DNA of 64,000 nt from Bigelowiella natans CCMP2755 (lineage: Eukaryota > Protista > Cercozoa), in NCBI GenBank assembly GCA_000320545.1, contig ADNK01000282.1:1-64000 (forward strand), written 5' to 3'. A program made the position numbers and the translations under genes. This document shows, piece after piece, positions 41,501-52,403 of this stretch (within the stretch, counting starts at the first letter, position 1; every line of letters begins with the position of its first letter). Under the pieces are notes generated by a model that was given only the letters and a program-made list of their open reading frames with translations, was not told the DNA's origin and did no database searches.

Positions 41501-41723
41501 AAACTGCCCATCATTCAAGACGATCAGCATCGTCACCCGGAACACACACACCGGTTCGAGCCTCGACGAGTCGCAGTTCTTTGACCACCTTATTGAGGAC
41601 GCGGCACGGAAGAATAAGTGGAACCCCTTCGACCTTGGGACGAAGAAGGAGGAGGTGTGCAATATGTCCTACATCGATTTCCTCTGCCACGTGCACAAAA
41701 AGATCCAAGATAAATTCTACTGA
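38516..41723 (+). CDS. SEC24: COPII coat cargo adaptor Sec24 (Sec24C/D-like)
   Basis: Exons 38516-39078, 39193-40900 and 41115-41723. Q/P/Y-rich N-terminus, DEGNCSPRFIRMS, zinc finger RCNKCGAYINPF..FICNMC, trunk domain YLFLVDVS, ACVQTALLYTTSDGKRLIRVHT, QLILPEPLKLLPL, gelsolin-like GVYLLDDG, and C-terminal SYIDFLCHVHKKIQ. Confidence 0.97.
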
Positions 41724-42349
41724 TGATTCGGAGGATGGCGATGACGACTGGTGATGAGATTGCACCAAGGAACCACATGTAAAGGGCAAGTAGAGCAGCA
41801 GAGGTGCATGCATTCATAGCGCTGCATTCTTGTTACAAATTAGTCAGATAGGTGAGAATGCGAGAACTATGTGGTGGGCATGTGCAATCTACTCGTATTC
41901 ATGTTTAGTTGCCTCATTGAGGCCATGTCTACTTCGAAATGCCCCATGAAATGAAGTGCTTGTAATGATGCACCTTGCATCAATTCTACAGCAGCATCTA
42001 GGCATGTGCAGCTGTGCAGCGCATCAGCCATTGTGGACATTGTTAACACAACTAGGAAAACGGTGAAACAAAGCAGAAAGAGAAGGCCATCGTGGCGAGC
42101 ATGGGTGCACACGCACACAGCCTATGATCTAGACAAGACAGCAGTCGAATCACAATGTGCACATCTGCGGTGGACATGATGTGGTCTGTCTTGTGCGCAG
42201 CTGTGCAAATTGTGCGTGCGTCTCTAGGTCTCACGGCGCGGGACATCGGGCACCAACAAACGGCACAAAGTTGAAGGAGGACACACTCATCCTGACGGGA
42301 TTTGTTCGGGATGAATGATCTCAGACACAAATTCGAACGCTCTTTCGTT

Positions 42350-42658
42350 TGGCAACCAAGTCACCGGTCTAGCGGTGGCTGGCCCCTGCCAGTGAACAGA
42401 AATGTGGTTCAGGGATGAGGGGAAAAGTCACCCTCGCACTCGTGACCGAAACCCCCCCCCCGCCCATTGCCACTTCGGCGGATGCAACTTTTGAACCTTG
42501 CCCATGAGTGCAGACCCAAACGTCCTTGACCTGGCAACCGATCACCGGTGGCTGGCTAGCTGGGGCGACATGTTTGTCCATCTAGCCATCCCACCAGTGA
42601 ACGAGAATGTGGTTTGTGGGTGGGAGGAAAAGCCACCCTGGTGACCGAAAACCCCCGC
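42350..42658. repeat. Two diverged direct repeats (~110-125 bp; 42350-42461 and 42532-42658)
   Basis: Shared blocks in the same order: tggcaacc..tcaccggt, ccagtgaac..aatgtggtt, ggaaaag.caccct, gtgaccgaaa.cccc. Confidence 0.8.
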
Positions 42659-42664
42659 CTGGCT

Positions 42665-42883
42665 TCAGTGAGGACTGACTAGCAAATCAGCGGGGTTCGT
42701 GCAAATTGGCACGAACCAAACATTGAATGCATCACAACCAGCAGCCAAATGACGACGACGCAAAGCATCCATCCTGAGCAGGAACTTCCTGACAGCCACG
42801 TCCACACGGAGATCAACGTTGGGGATGTTCGAGGGGGCGCCGAGCAAGACTCTGGTCCACACTTCCAAAATGTGGCAAGACAT
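42665..42883 (-). mobile_element. Degenerate RNase H C-terminus of a DIRS/Ngaro-type (tyrosine recombinase) retrotransposon
   Basis: LEVWTRVLLG..VDLRVDVAVRKFLLRMDALRRRHLAAGCDAFNVWFVPICTNPADLLVS resembles the DIRS RNase H pattern (DN.VA...LRR..A......W(V/I)P...NPAD..SR). No RT or tyrosine recombinase is visible, so this is a remnant. Confidence 0.5.
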
Positions 42884-43350
42884 TTGCAGAGGAGGGGATT
42901 CACTTCCTGGTTTTCCCGTTTGATTGGACTTTTTTGCAACTCGAGAGGGTCACTCGAGTCATGTCCTGCTTGAAATTGCAGACGTCAGGCTGTCCTACTC
43001 TTTTGACAACATTTTTTTGGTTCTTGATGACCTTGTGAGATTGTAGCCGTTTAGGCAATTTGTTCCAAAAAAAAAACTTTTTAAAAAGTTTGTCGAAGCC
43101 CCCTAGATCTAGATCTTTAAAACCAAAGCATCAACTGGCTTCAACTAAAGTTAGTTCGAGCCACGATTTTAGGGATGCGACAAGGAATCGCTTTAGTCTC
43201 ACTTCCTAACTTAGATCTAATCATCGTACCAAAGATTTCATTTTGGGCATCACCTCAAACCTCCCCCCCCCCCCACACGGACAAACTCGTTTACTCAGCA
43301 AGATCTGGCATTTCTTGAAAAGAATACTAATTCTTAAGTCCTAAGTAACA

Positions 43351-44655
43351 ATGAAGATGGTTTACGGGCTGCTGATGGTAGTCGCGATGACCTCGGCAAT
43401 CAGGTCTCCGGTGTCGAAGAAGGTCACAATCGCTTTAGGCAACACATTCCAGAAGGTGCCTAAAACCAAGCTAAGAAAAGCACGCAACGGTAAAGTCAAG
43501 CAATGGGATTACACGTTGTATGTGAAGCAGCTCAACGGCGAAGCTGGTGCAGTCAGCAAAGTCGAGTTCTATCCGGACATAATTGACAACACCTACAAGC
43601 CTGAATCATACCTAGGGAAGAAGACCAACGAAGGCAAAACATTTTCCACGAGGCATGATTGCTGGGGACGGTCGCTAGCCCGTGCGCATGTCACCTTGAA
43701 AGATGGCTCAATTCACAAACTCGAGAAGTCGATTCGCATGCGTGAGAAGAATGAAATCGTGCGGGATCTTGTTTACAAGAAGAAGGAGCCTGCCAAAAAG
43801 TCTGTCAAGAAGATACGTGGCGTCATATCAGATCGAAAATTTGGTGTTGAAGTCGAATTTGTATCAACGTCAGCACAAAAAGGGAACCTTTGCGATGCAG
43901 TAGAAAGCGCGACCTCCACAACTTGCTTGGATCGCGGCTACGACAAGGCGACGACGAAGGCATGGAAGATTGTGCCGGATAACTCGATCTCGACAAACCA
44001 TTATTATTCGAGTGGCTTTGAGATCGTAAGCCCCATTCTGAGTGGGAAAAAGGGCCTCAGGGAACTTGGTGATGCCATGGATGCCATAAAAAGCTGCGAC
44101 GACGTTTCTGTGTCGGACACATGTGGCTTGCACGTGCACATTGACATGACTGACATCAAGTTTGAAATGCTCAAGCGCATCTGCCAGAATTGGATAAAGT
44201 ACGAGACAGGAATAGACTTAATGCTGAAGGAGCAACGTAGCAACGAAGCGAAGAATAAGTACTGCCTGAGTGTTCGCAAGAACATGAAGTTCAGAAAGCT
44301 CCGGAATGATGACGCAATCCGCCTCATCGGCGAGGCTAAAAACCAAAACGCACTTGCGAAAATGATGAACGCCCACCCTAAGAACGGACAGAGATACTTC
44401 AAGCTAAACCTGCAGAACCTTGTATCGAAAAAAAGAAATACTCTCGAGTTTCGTGCTCATGAGGGCACGGTTGATGCGGAGACAGCAAAAAACTGGGTGC
44501 GTTTTCTAATTGCATTCGTAGAAATGTCGATCCAAAGCCCGATGCCGAAACCCTTTTCCGACAAAGCTAATAAGAAAGATGTGTTCCATAACCTTTTGAC
44601 GCACTTCATTCCGGAGCACAACCCACCACTGCGCGACTTTTACGCTGACTTTTGA
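43351..44655 (+). CDS. Intronless YEATS-like domain + putative amidoligase (Amidoligase_2, COOH-NH2 ligase) fusion with a possible signal peptide
   Basis: aa ~24-132: KKVTIALGNT..KQWDYTLYVKQ..VSKVEF..TFSTRHDCWGRSLARAHVTLKDG..LEKSIRM, a YEATS-like pattern (GN, W-x-x-YV, V-x-KV-x-F, WG, DG). From nt 43834: RKFGVEVEF, WKIVPDNSI, GFEIVSPIL, CGLHVHID, RYFKLNL and TLEFRAHEGT, the Amidoligase_2 motif set. Confidence 0.85.
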   Translation: MKMVYGLLMVVAMTSAIRSPVSKKVTIALGNTFQKVPKTKLRKARNGKVKQWDYTLYVKQLNGEAGAVSKVEFYPDIIDNTYKPESYLGKKTNEGKTFSTRHDCWGRSLARAHVTLKDGSIHKLEKSIRMREKNEIVRDLVYKKKEPAKKSVKKIRGVISDRKFGVEVEFVSTSAQKGNLCDAVESATSTTCLDRGYDKATTKAWKIVPDNSISTNHYYSSGFEIVSPILSGKKGLRELGDAMDAIKSCDDVSVSDTCGLHVHIDMTDIKFEMLKRICQNWIKYETGIDLMLKEQRSNEAKNKYCLSVRKNMKFRKLRNDDAIRLIGEAKNQNALAKMMNAHPKNGQRYFKLNLQNLVSKKRNTLEFRAHEGTVDAETAKNWVRFLIAFVEMSIQSPMPKPFSDKANKKDVFHNLLTHFIPEHNPPLRDFYADF

Positions 44656-44699
44656 CGCTGACACAGCCGGAACCAGAAAATTAGAATGTTTCAAAAAGC

Positions 44700-45500
44700 A
44701 GCTGACAAAACATGATTGTGTGCGTGTGCACGTGCATTGCGCACGCATCGGAGCCTGCTCGATGCATTGCGCGCTCTTCCTTTCGCGTTGTTAGCGGCAG
44801 TGCGACGGGTGTGCCGCACCACTGTTAGGCGCCCCTTGCTAGCTGGGTGAGTAGCCACTAATCTAGCAATTCTAGAATGTCAAACATTCGTGCGCAGAGA
44901 GAGAGTGGGGAGCGCTACGGCTAGATGGGGACAATTGCACGCTTTGATGACGTGATGAAATGTGCGTTCATGTTTGTCTTGTTGTGCTACACCTTTTGTT
45001 GCTCCAGTGCTTGATTGCACAAATGGAGCGACGCTCGTGCCACAAGTTCTAGAAGTTTGCACGCACGCAGCACCCGTCAGTCTAGCTAGCAGTGCACCAC
45101 CCAGATCGACACGTTGATCGATGCCCGTGCCACCGTGCCACCGATGCTTTCTAGCTAGCTAGCTTTCTAGCTTGCACTTGTACATGGAGCGCACCCTACC
45201 TAGCTACTAGCCTACTAGCAGACCTGCACGGATTGCATAGCATCATGATCAGCGACTGCAATGCGCTCGGTGCGCGTCCAACAGACCATGCATGCATGTG
45301 CGCTGCATCTGCTTCACATTGCACAGCTACACCAGGATGACATTAAAAAATTTAGCTCACTTGTCGCATCCGTCTCATCTTGCACACATGCACTGCAACA
45401 TGGACTGTGTCCATTCTTGTGTTGTAGCCATACACGCTCATAGCCATGCTAGCATGAAGGCTCTAAGCATTATTTGTATGACGCACGAAACCTTTACTGA
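44700..45500. other. TGCA/CTAG-rich tract downstream of the YEATS-amidoligase gene, with a matching tract at ~41800-42300 upstream
   Basis: ctagctagctagctttctagcttgcac, cctagctactagcctactagc, catgcatgtgcgctgcatc. Confidence 0.55.
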
Positions 45501-45537
45501 TTGACATTACCGATCACCCATGTCGTTGTTCACAGCA

Positions 45538-46873
45538 TCACCCTTCAGCTTGTCTCCCTCCGAGCCGTGGGATTGAAAGCATAAGATTTATTCCATGTCC
45601 GATAGCAGAAAGGGGGTCCTTGATTCGGGAGATCTTAGCAGGAGCCCCACGCACACTCTCAAGCTGTACAAAATAAATATCGTAACTTTCTCCACGCTTT
45701 ATGCATTCATAAGCGAACAGCACCTCCCTCAAAGAGAGTGGAACGAGGGTCGAACCCTTCATCCTAGTAGTTTTAACCTCCACATATCGCTTTCCGCTGG
45801 CGCATTTGACCAGAATGTCGTACGGTGTTCCCTTTTCCTTTTCTTCGTTCATCCACGAAACTTGCGCGGCTGATGAGCGGAGTTCTCGCACAAGATGATG
45901 ATAGACGCGCTCCTCTCCCCAACGTCCCAGACGCATATTCTCGCTGACATTGCCGCCACTCTGATGAAGTAACTGAAACAATGACTTCGGTAGCATCAGT
46001 TCTTTCCTGTTGTCTTTTTTCATGTCAACCTCTTCCAGCACATCATGCCTGACTGAATTTGTGCTGGGAAGGGATTGAGCCGCTTGTTCTTCCGAGAGCT
46101 CACAACCCTGAGCTAATTCCTTGAAAGATCTGGGGACATATGCCCTCTCACTTGGACCCCCCCTAGTGCTACCAACCGTTGTGCTTCTGATGGTGGATGC
46201 TGTTCTCTGATTGTTCGGTGGCCTCATAGAGTTTCTTGGTATCTGACTACTACCAGTAATTGCAGCAGGATTGGAGTTTCTTGGTATCTGATTACTGCCA
46301 GTTATGGCTGGAGGATTGTGCAGCTTGAAGAGAGGAGAGAGCTTTCCACCTCCAGATACCCTCGATGGTTTTCTCGATGCATTCCGATTCTTCAAGTCTT
46401 CCTGCACTGTGTTAAGCCAAGCATCGTTTTCAACAGCCTCTGCAAGCGCACGCCGTTCTTTGTCAGAAAGCACCTGGACTCCTCCTTTCCCTTCTTTTCC
46501 AGGCTCTTTCTGTAATAGCTCGTCATCTGAATCTTCGTTTTGCCCAGAGAAAAGCTGCACACTCGGATCATTCTCCAGGCTGCGGGCAAGCATAGCATCT
46601 GAATCGTTCTTCTTGCCCTTTTCTCCTATCTTCGGAATCAAGTCAGGCCGCCACGGAAGCCACCACGACTCAGCCGGGTTTGGGCATGCATCTGATGTGT
46701 TTTGGTGACAACAACAAATTAGTGGGACGGATTGTGCAATGGAGTTGATGTGACGATAGTAGACGTTGGAAACGCCTTCAAGAAATGTAATTTCGCATGC
46801 GTAAAACGACAGAGGAGGAGCACTATTGAAAAGAGAGTATCATTACCATGACCATCATTTCTTACCACCACTC

Positions 46874-46916
<43 letters not shown>

Positions 46917-49900
46917 TCCCTCTCTCACCCACACATATATACACAGGAATGCCGACCTTCCAGCCAGCCTTTAAGTTCTTTCTGAGTTTTTGGGGGGGGG
47001 TTCGTGGCGACGAGCTTATGCAGAACATTGGACATGGCGGTGTACACCTCCTTACTCAAAATCTGGGCAGGTTCATCAACCGGGCTTAAAAGTTTTCCAA
47101 ATTCTTCAAGAAACTTCTCGACGTTCAACGGAGTCGTGCCAGATACGTATAGAACGCAAAGGTGTTCCACCTCCCCCCCCCCTTGCTTTTGATCTTTCTC
47201 CTCTCGCAGCCCCTCCTTCTTTTTGGCCTTCCTCCCATCGTAGTCATCCTGCGGTGTTTGTGCGAGACAAGAGATCGTGCGCTGTTTCTCCTCAGCAACA
47301 ACAATGCCATCTTTCTGCAGCGTTCTAGTCGATGTCATTTGTCCTGCGAAGCGAATTGAGATTGCGGACAGCTTACTACGAAGCGATGAGATCTCTTGCG
47401 GCTTCGCAACCTCGTGCATCTTGGTGGCGATCACCCAAGAAGCGGCGGAAAGCTCTCGGAGAGAAGCCGCAATCGGTAAGCATTCGGTGTTGTTGATTTT
47501 GCTATCCTCAATTTTGTACGAAACGGAAAGAGAGGTTGACAGTCGAGGGATTCCTAGGACGCTTTTATAAAACTTCCACACATCTTCCTCGATGTTCTCT
47601 ACTTTTGAAAACTTGGCACTTGCCAAGATGACTTTTCGCTTCTTTCCTTCCTTTCCTGTCGGTATGAAGGCACCGACGTTGGTCTGGAAGCGGGGCGAAG
47701 CCACATAGAAAGGAGTATATTCCCCGAGGAAAAGTAAGGGATCATTCGGTGCCGCCCATTCATTGCTTCCCTCTGTAGGGATGCATTTTAGGGAGCTGAA
47801 CCCCTTCCTGATGCTCTTGCTAAGGAGCTTCTGTTTGGCTTCGTAACCTTCATCGCCTTCTTCGGCGAGTTTATCGTATTGGATTTTCCACATTTTGTAC
47901 GTCCGAAAGATAATCTCGAGGACGATGTCTCTGTTAATAGTAGGGCCAGGCCTGACCGCCTTTGCAACGAGAGCAAAGTAAAATTCTGGTCGGTATGTCT
48001 TTAGCACACGGAGCTCTTTGAACAAATCAAAAGAATTGTAAAACCGATCCAAAACGCGCCTCCGGGCAAAATGAACTCCCTGGATTGGACGACGACCTTT
48101 ACCATGCATTGCTGGATTCGCCATTTTCTTCAACAGCTTAACAGCTAGCTGGCGTGTTTGATGTTCGACCCGAATATGCGTCGAGTCAACAAGGTAGGAG
48201 TATTCATGCGCTACGCACTCGTCCACAGAATAGAGTCGCCCATATTGCTGGGCGCTCTGATCGATGGTATACACATTATGTGAGCTTTTGATGTCGTAGT
48301 CCGGAAGAAAGATGACTGGTATCGTTGGGTCCCACACTTCTGAATATGGCCTCTGCTGCTTCTCCTCTCTTTTCTTCTTCTCCACGAGAATCCTTAGAAG
48401 TTCATACGATTGTTGCATTGACATGCTCCTTCTGCTCCTTCCTGCTTTGCGGAAAATGGTACACAGAGTATGCAGGTCCAGATCTTGACGAAAGCCAAGC
48501 AGAGAATTTAAAATTCCTGGCATAGAATCATCCTTCAAGAGCGGCGCGTATTTTCTCAAACCACCGAGGGGGTTGACGATTTCCGGTGTCTCCAGCTGCG
48601 TGAATGGAGAAAGTAAGATCTTAATAATAGCAACGTATGATGTATCAATATGACCTGCGAGTATGTGTCTATGTTTACATTGTATTTGTTTCGGTTATGT
48701 GTGCATCGTGCGAACGTTCTTATTTGAGGGATTGTGCGGAGAGTGTGGCGTTTGCTTATAGAAAAGACTAACTACACAGATATTGATGTTGCAGCAGTAC
48801 CAGAAGTTGAGCCGGTGCACACAATTGTCCTTTTCCCGTATTAAACCAGCGAGTTGTCTGTAGTCTTTCAGAGACCGTTGATCGAACTCTCCAAGATGCG
48901 AGATTCGTTCTAACAACATCGCCATGCTCGTCGTCTTTTTTCGCCTCAGCTGTCTGCATTACTGTTTGCTTAGTGACCCTACATACAGTGATGGTGCATG
49001 CGGTAGCCTTTGCGACCTCAGTGCGTATTTCAACCACCGAGTGGAGGGCCTCCTTAAAATAGGTGAGGAGCTTTGATGACTTGGAGGCGATGTCTTTACT
49101 GCACCTCCTGTCAGCCTTGGAATTAGCTTCTAACTTCATAAGACTCTTCTCCAGGATCGGACACCGGTAATCTTTAATCTCAATGGCAATGCCTGAGCTG
49201 CTACTCTCTCCTGCGGCGCCGTCGTTATTTATCATCTCATCCGCAATGAATTTGCTCAGTGCCGGTTCGAGTATCTCCCCAATACCTGGCATTACAGTCC
49301 CTTCAATAATATTGCGGGCGAAGCGAACCTTGCGTGAAAGAGCCTCTCTCAGGGGTTGCGAGTGGTGGAGATCTGAGACATTTGTAAACTCAAAGAGGTG
49401 ATGCACGGCGTCCATCCGCATATGGCTTTGAATGCCGAGAGACGTGAACAGCTCGCGCCACTCTCTCTTCATAGTAGCGCGCCTTTCCCAGTTATGGTCA
49501 ACAATCTGACTGCTGGTCTTCTTCTTCTTCTCTTCGTTGCCGTTACTGTTAATAAGGGGCTTATCGTAGGTAGAAGTATGCTGCTGCTGAAGGTACTTGG
49601 TGGAGATTACATGAACCTGATCCACACCTAGGATGCCAGCCATAATCGTCGGAAATTCAATAGAACTTGAGTCGAGGTATTGAGGATGAAAGTAAAGAAG
49701 CTTTGCAGCCTCAGAGATGCGGTAAACACGTTCATTTTGATCGACGATGTAGACGTCGTTCTTCTTTAGCTGCGAAGACAGCTCTCGAATTCCCCACCGC
49801 GTGGATGTGTACTTCTTGATGGTGACGAGGAGGCTGATGCAAAGGTCGGGTTCCTCCGTTAACGCGTGCTCTGCCGCCAGGATTGGTATGAGGTGTGATT

Positions 49901-51975
49901 GAGCGAATTCGACACCATGCATTGGCCGCACACCTTGGGTCACCAGCAAATCCGATGCACGTTGGTACGGTATTAGAGCCTTCACGAATTCGGGATGGAG
50001 CACCCGGATATCTCTCTTCAAAACTTTGCGTGCGAGGGTGCTGAAGTGATCAATCTCTCTCTCCCCCCCGCCGTCTCCAAGACTCCCTCCCTCGGAGTCG
50101 GAGGAGGAGAATGCAGTAGAAGTGGAAGAGGTAGCACCGGCAGCAGTAGTTTCGGTGGTTTTGATTTGGTACAACCTCCCTGAATCGAGGCTCACAAGTC
50201 GACCATCACGGAGTGGAAATACCTTTGCTTTGCGGAGTGCCTCGATATTTCTCGCCTGATTTTTCTCCAAATCCCGGGCGAAGCAGTTGATAGCCCAAGC
50301 AAGCCACGCATACCGAAGACTCATACTGCCTTGAGTTTCATTCATTTTCCTTGTCTTTCCCTCCATCCCCTCCCCCCCCTCCTTTACGTCCCGATCGTCC
50401 TCCTCCTTTGCCCACAACGCCTTCTCCGAAATCAAGGAGAGTATCCTCACTACGACCTGCGCTCCAAACTCGCGAACACCTAGGTGCTTCTGCAGACGCA
50501 ACGGCATCTTACTGAGGGATTTGTGCAAAAGGCGAAATTTTGAGACTCGGCCAAGTATCGTGCTGGTAGCTTTGGCCAGACGGTCGTCGTCGGGACCCCG
50601 CAGCACCCGTGTTGGCGCAGTAAGGACGTGGCCCTCGCACATGAGAATAGGGAGGTCGGTGATTTCTTTGCGCACAGATTCAACAACAGGATGGAAGAAC
50701 TCGTCGGTCATGTCGTCGTTCAATGGCAGACAGAGCAGGAACCTCCTCAACAGCGAGTTGTAGCCTCCACAACCGAAGGTGGTAGGGGGGGGGGACAAAT
50801 TCTTAGAGTCGATGTTGGTGGTAGCCGACCCTAGTTTCTTTTTGAAGTCATCGTCAATGGTAGGGGGAGGAGGAGCACCACTGTTGCTATTGCTACTCCT
50901 CTGCTTTACGGTCTCGGATATGAAGAGAAGAGCCGCTTTGCGAAATGCTGGAGCGATCTGCTTACGGATAAATACGTTCCAAGCATCACCGCTATGAACA
51001 CCCTCTCGTGATGACGTCAGCTCCCAGTCTGCCTGAATCACGACCCTAAATCCGTAGTTTTTGATCGGCAGATATGCGAACAAATCCTGCTTTGGGATTA
51101 CGTCCGGGTTCCAGTCAATCTCATCATCGACGTCTTCTTCTCCACCGTGTAAACTGTTTGTTCTCGGGGAAGATAACGACGACGACGACGGCGAAAACTC
51201 AAGAGGAAAGGCGACCTGAACCTCAAGCTCTTTAGCTTTTGAACTCATCCCGATGCCGCCCTCCAACGGGGCGACATGGCTGGCGCGCAGCCATGTATAT
51301 CTTTCCAACGAAACAGTATCAACAACACTCTTTCGGTCTCCCCCCCCCTCCTCCTCATGAATATCTCCTCCTCCTTCCCCTTTCTTATCGCTTCCAACAA
51401 CGGAGGTGCTGGTAGAAATCACAGGTTTCGCAGCAGCTGCAGCTGCTATTGCATGTTGCTGCCTTACATCCACGAAGACGTAAGGTCCGCTCTCCCCACG
51501 AGCGAGGGTCTTCCTGACCTTCATCTCTGGATCTTCCACAGAAATATGGCGCAGCTTCTTCAAGAACAGCAGGAGACTGGGCTTTATCGAGTCCAATGCC
51601 TGGCTGACTTGTGCGACAATTTCGCTCTTCAGAACGACTCCGCGGTTAGTTTGGATTTCGTTGGCAAATGGAAGGATAATGACGGTGCCCTCATTGGCCT
51701 TCTTCTGGCCCTTCGTTTCTTCTCCGGAGATGTCGTCTTCTTTTTGTTGTAGACGTTGCTGCTGCTTCTGCTGCCGCTGCTCCTCTGGTGAAATGATCTC
51801 CGGGTAGATGTACCCCAAACAGTATTTTAGCCTTTGCCTTTTTGTGCTTTTGCTACTACTGCCAAAGACATCGTCATTTCGGTTGTTCTCACGATTGAAG
51901 CGGAAGTGTATTAGCCCGGAGTGTATCTCCGGTGTTAGCGTGATCTTGAAGACGGATTTGAATCCGATGCCTATG

Positions 51976-52011
<36 letters not shown>

Positions 52012-52050
52012 GATGTATGAGGATGGAGGATGATGCTGATGATGCCTCTG

Positions 52051-52092
<42 letters not shown>

Positions 52093-52354
52093 TGGTGACC
52101 CTTGTGTCCTATGCTGCCTTCAGAAGCCTTCTTGCTGCTGTGGCACATGATACAGAGAGCGTGCACGTCTGCCATGTTAAATCCACGCTCGTTGATGTGA
52201 ATTCGGAGGCGATCCTTGGTCGCACATATCGATACACGGGGGTTCGGATCATCGTATTTCGCATCGTCGGCGTTCTGGATGATCTCGTACAGAAAATGCG
52301 AGCCTGATGATGATACGGCAAGATTCGTGTGCACACATATTTGCGTGTGTGTGG

Positions 52355-52403
<49 letters not shown>

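Noticed and set aside
20716-43187. Shared 12-mer gcgacaaggaat at about 20716 and 43176, both upstream of plus-strand genes
   Set aside because: A single 12-mer match within 64 kb, with no extended flanking similarity, is not good evidence of a motif.
51971-52099. His-rich insert (HHTHTHT...HHHHHH) inside the GHKL domain in ORF 48768-52334
   Set aside because: It is a 129-nt in-frame GT..AG intron made of (CA)n/(CAT)n. Removing it restores IGHKG|IGFKSVF.
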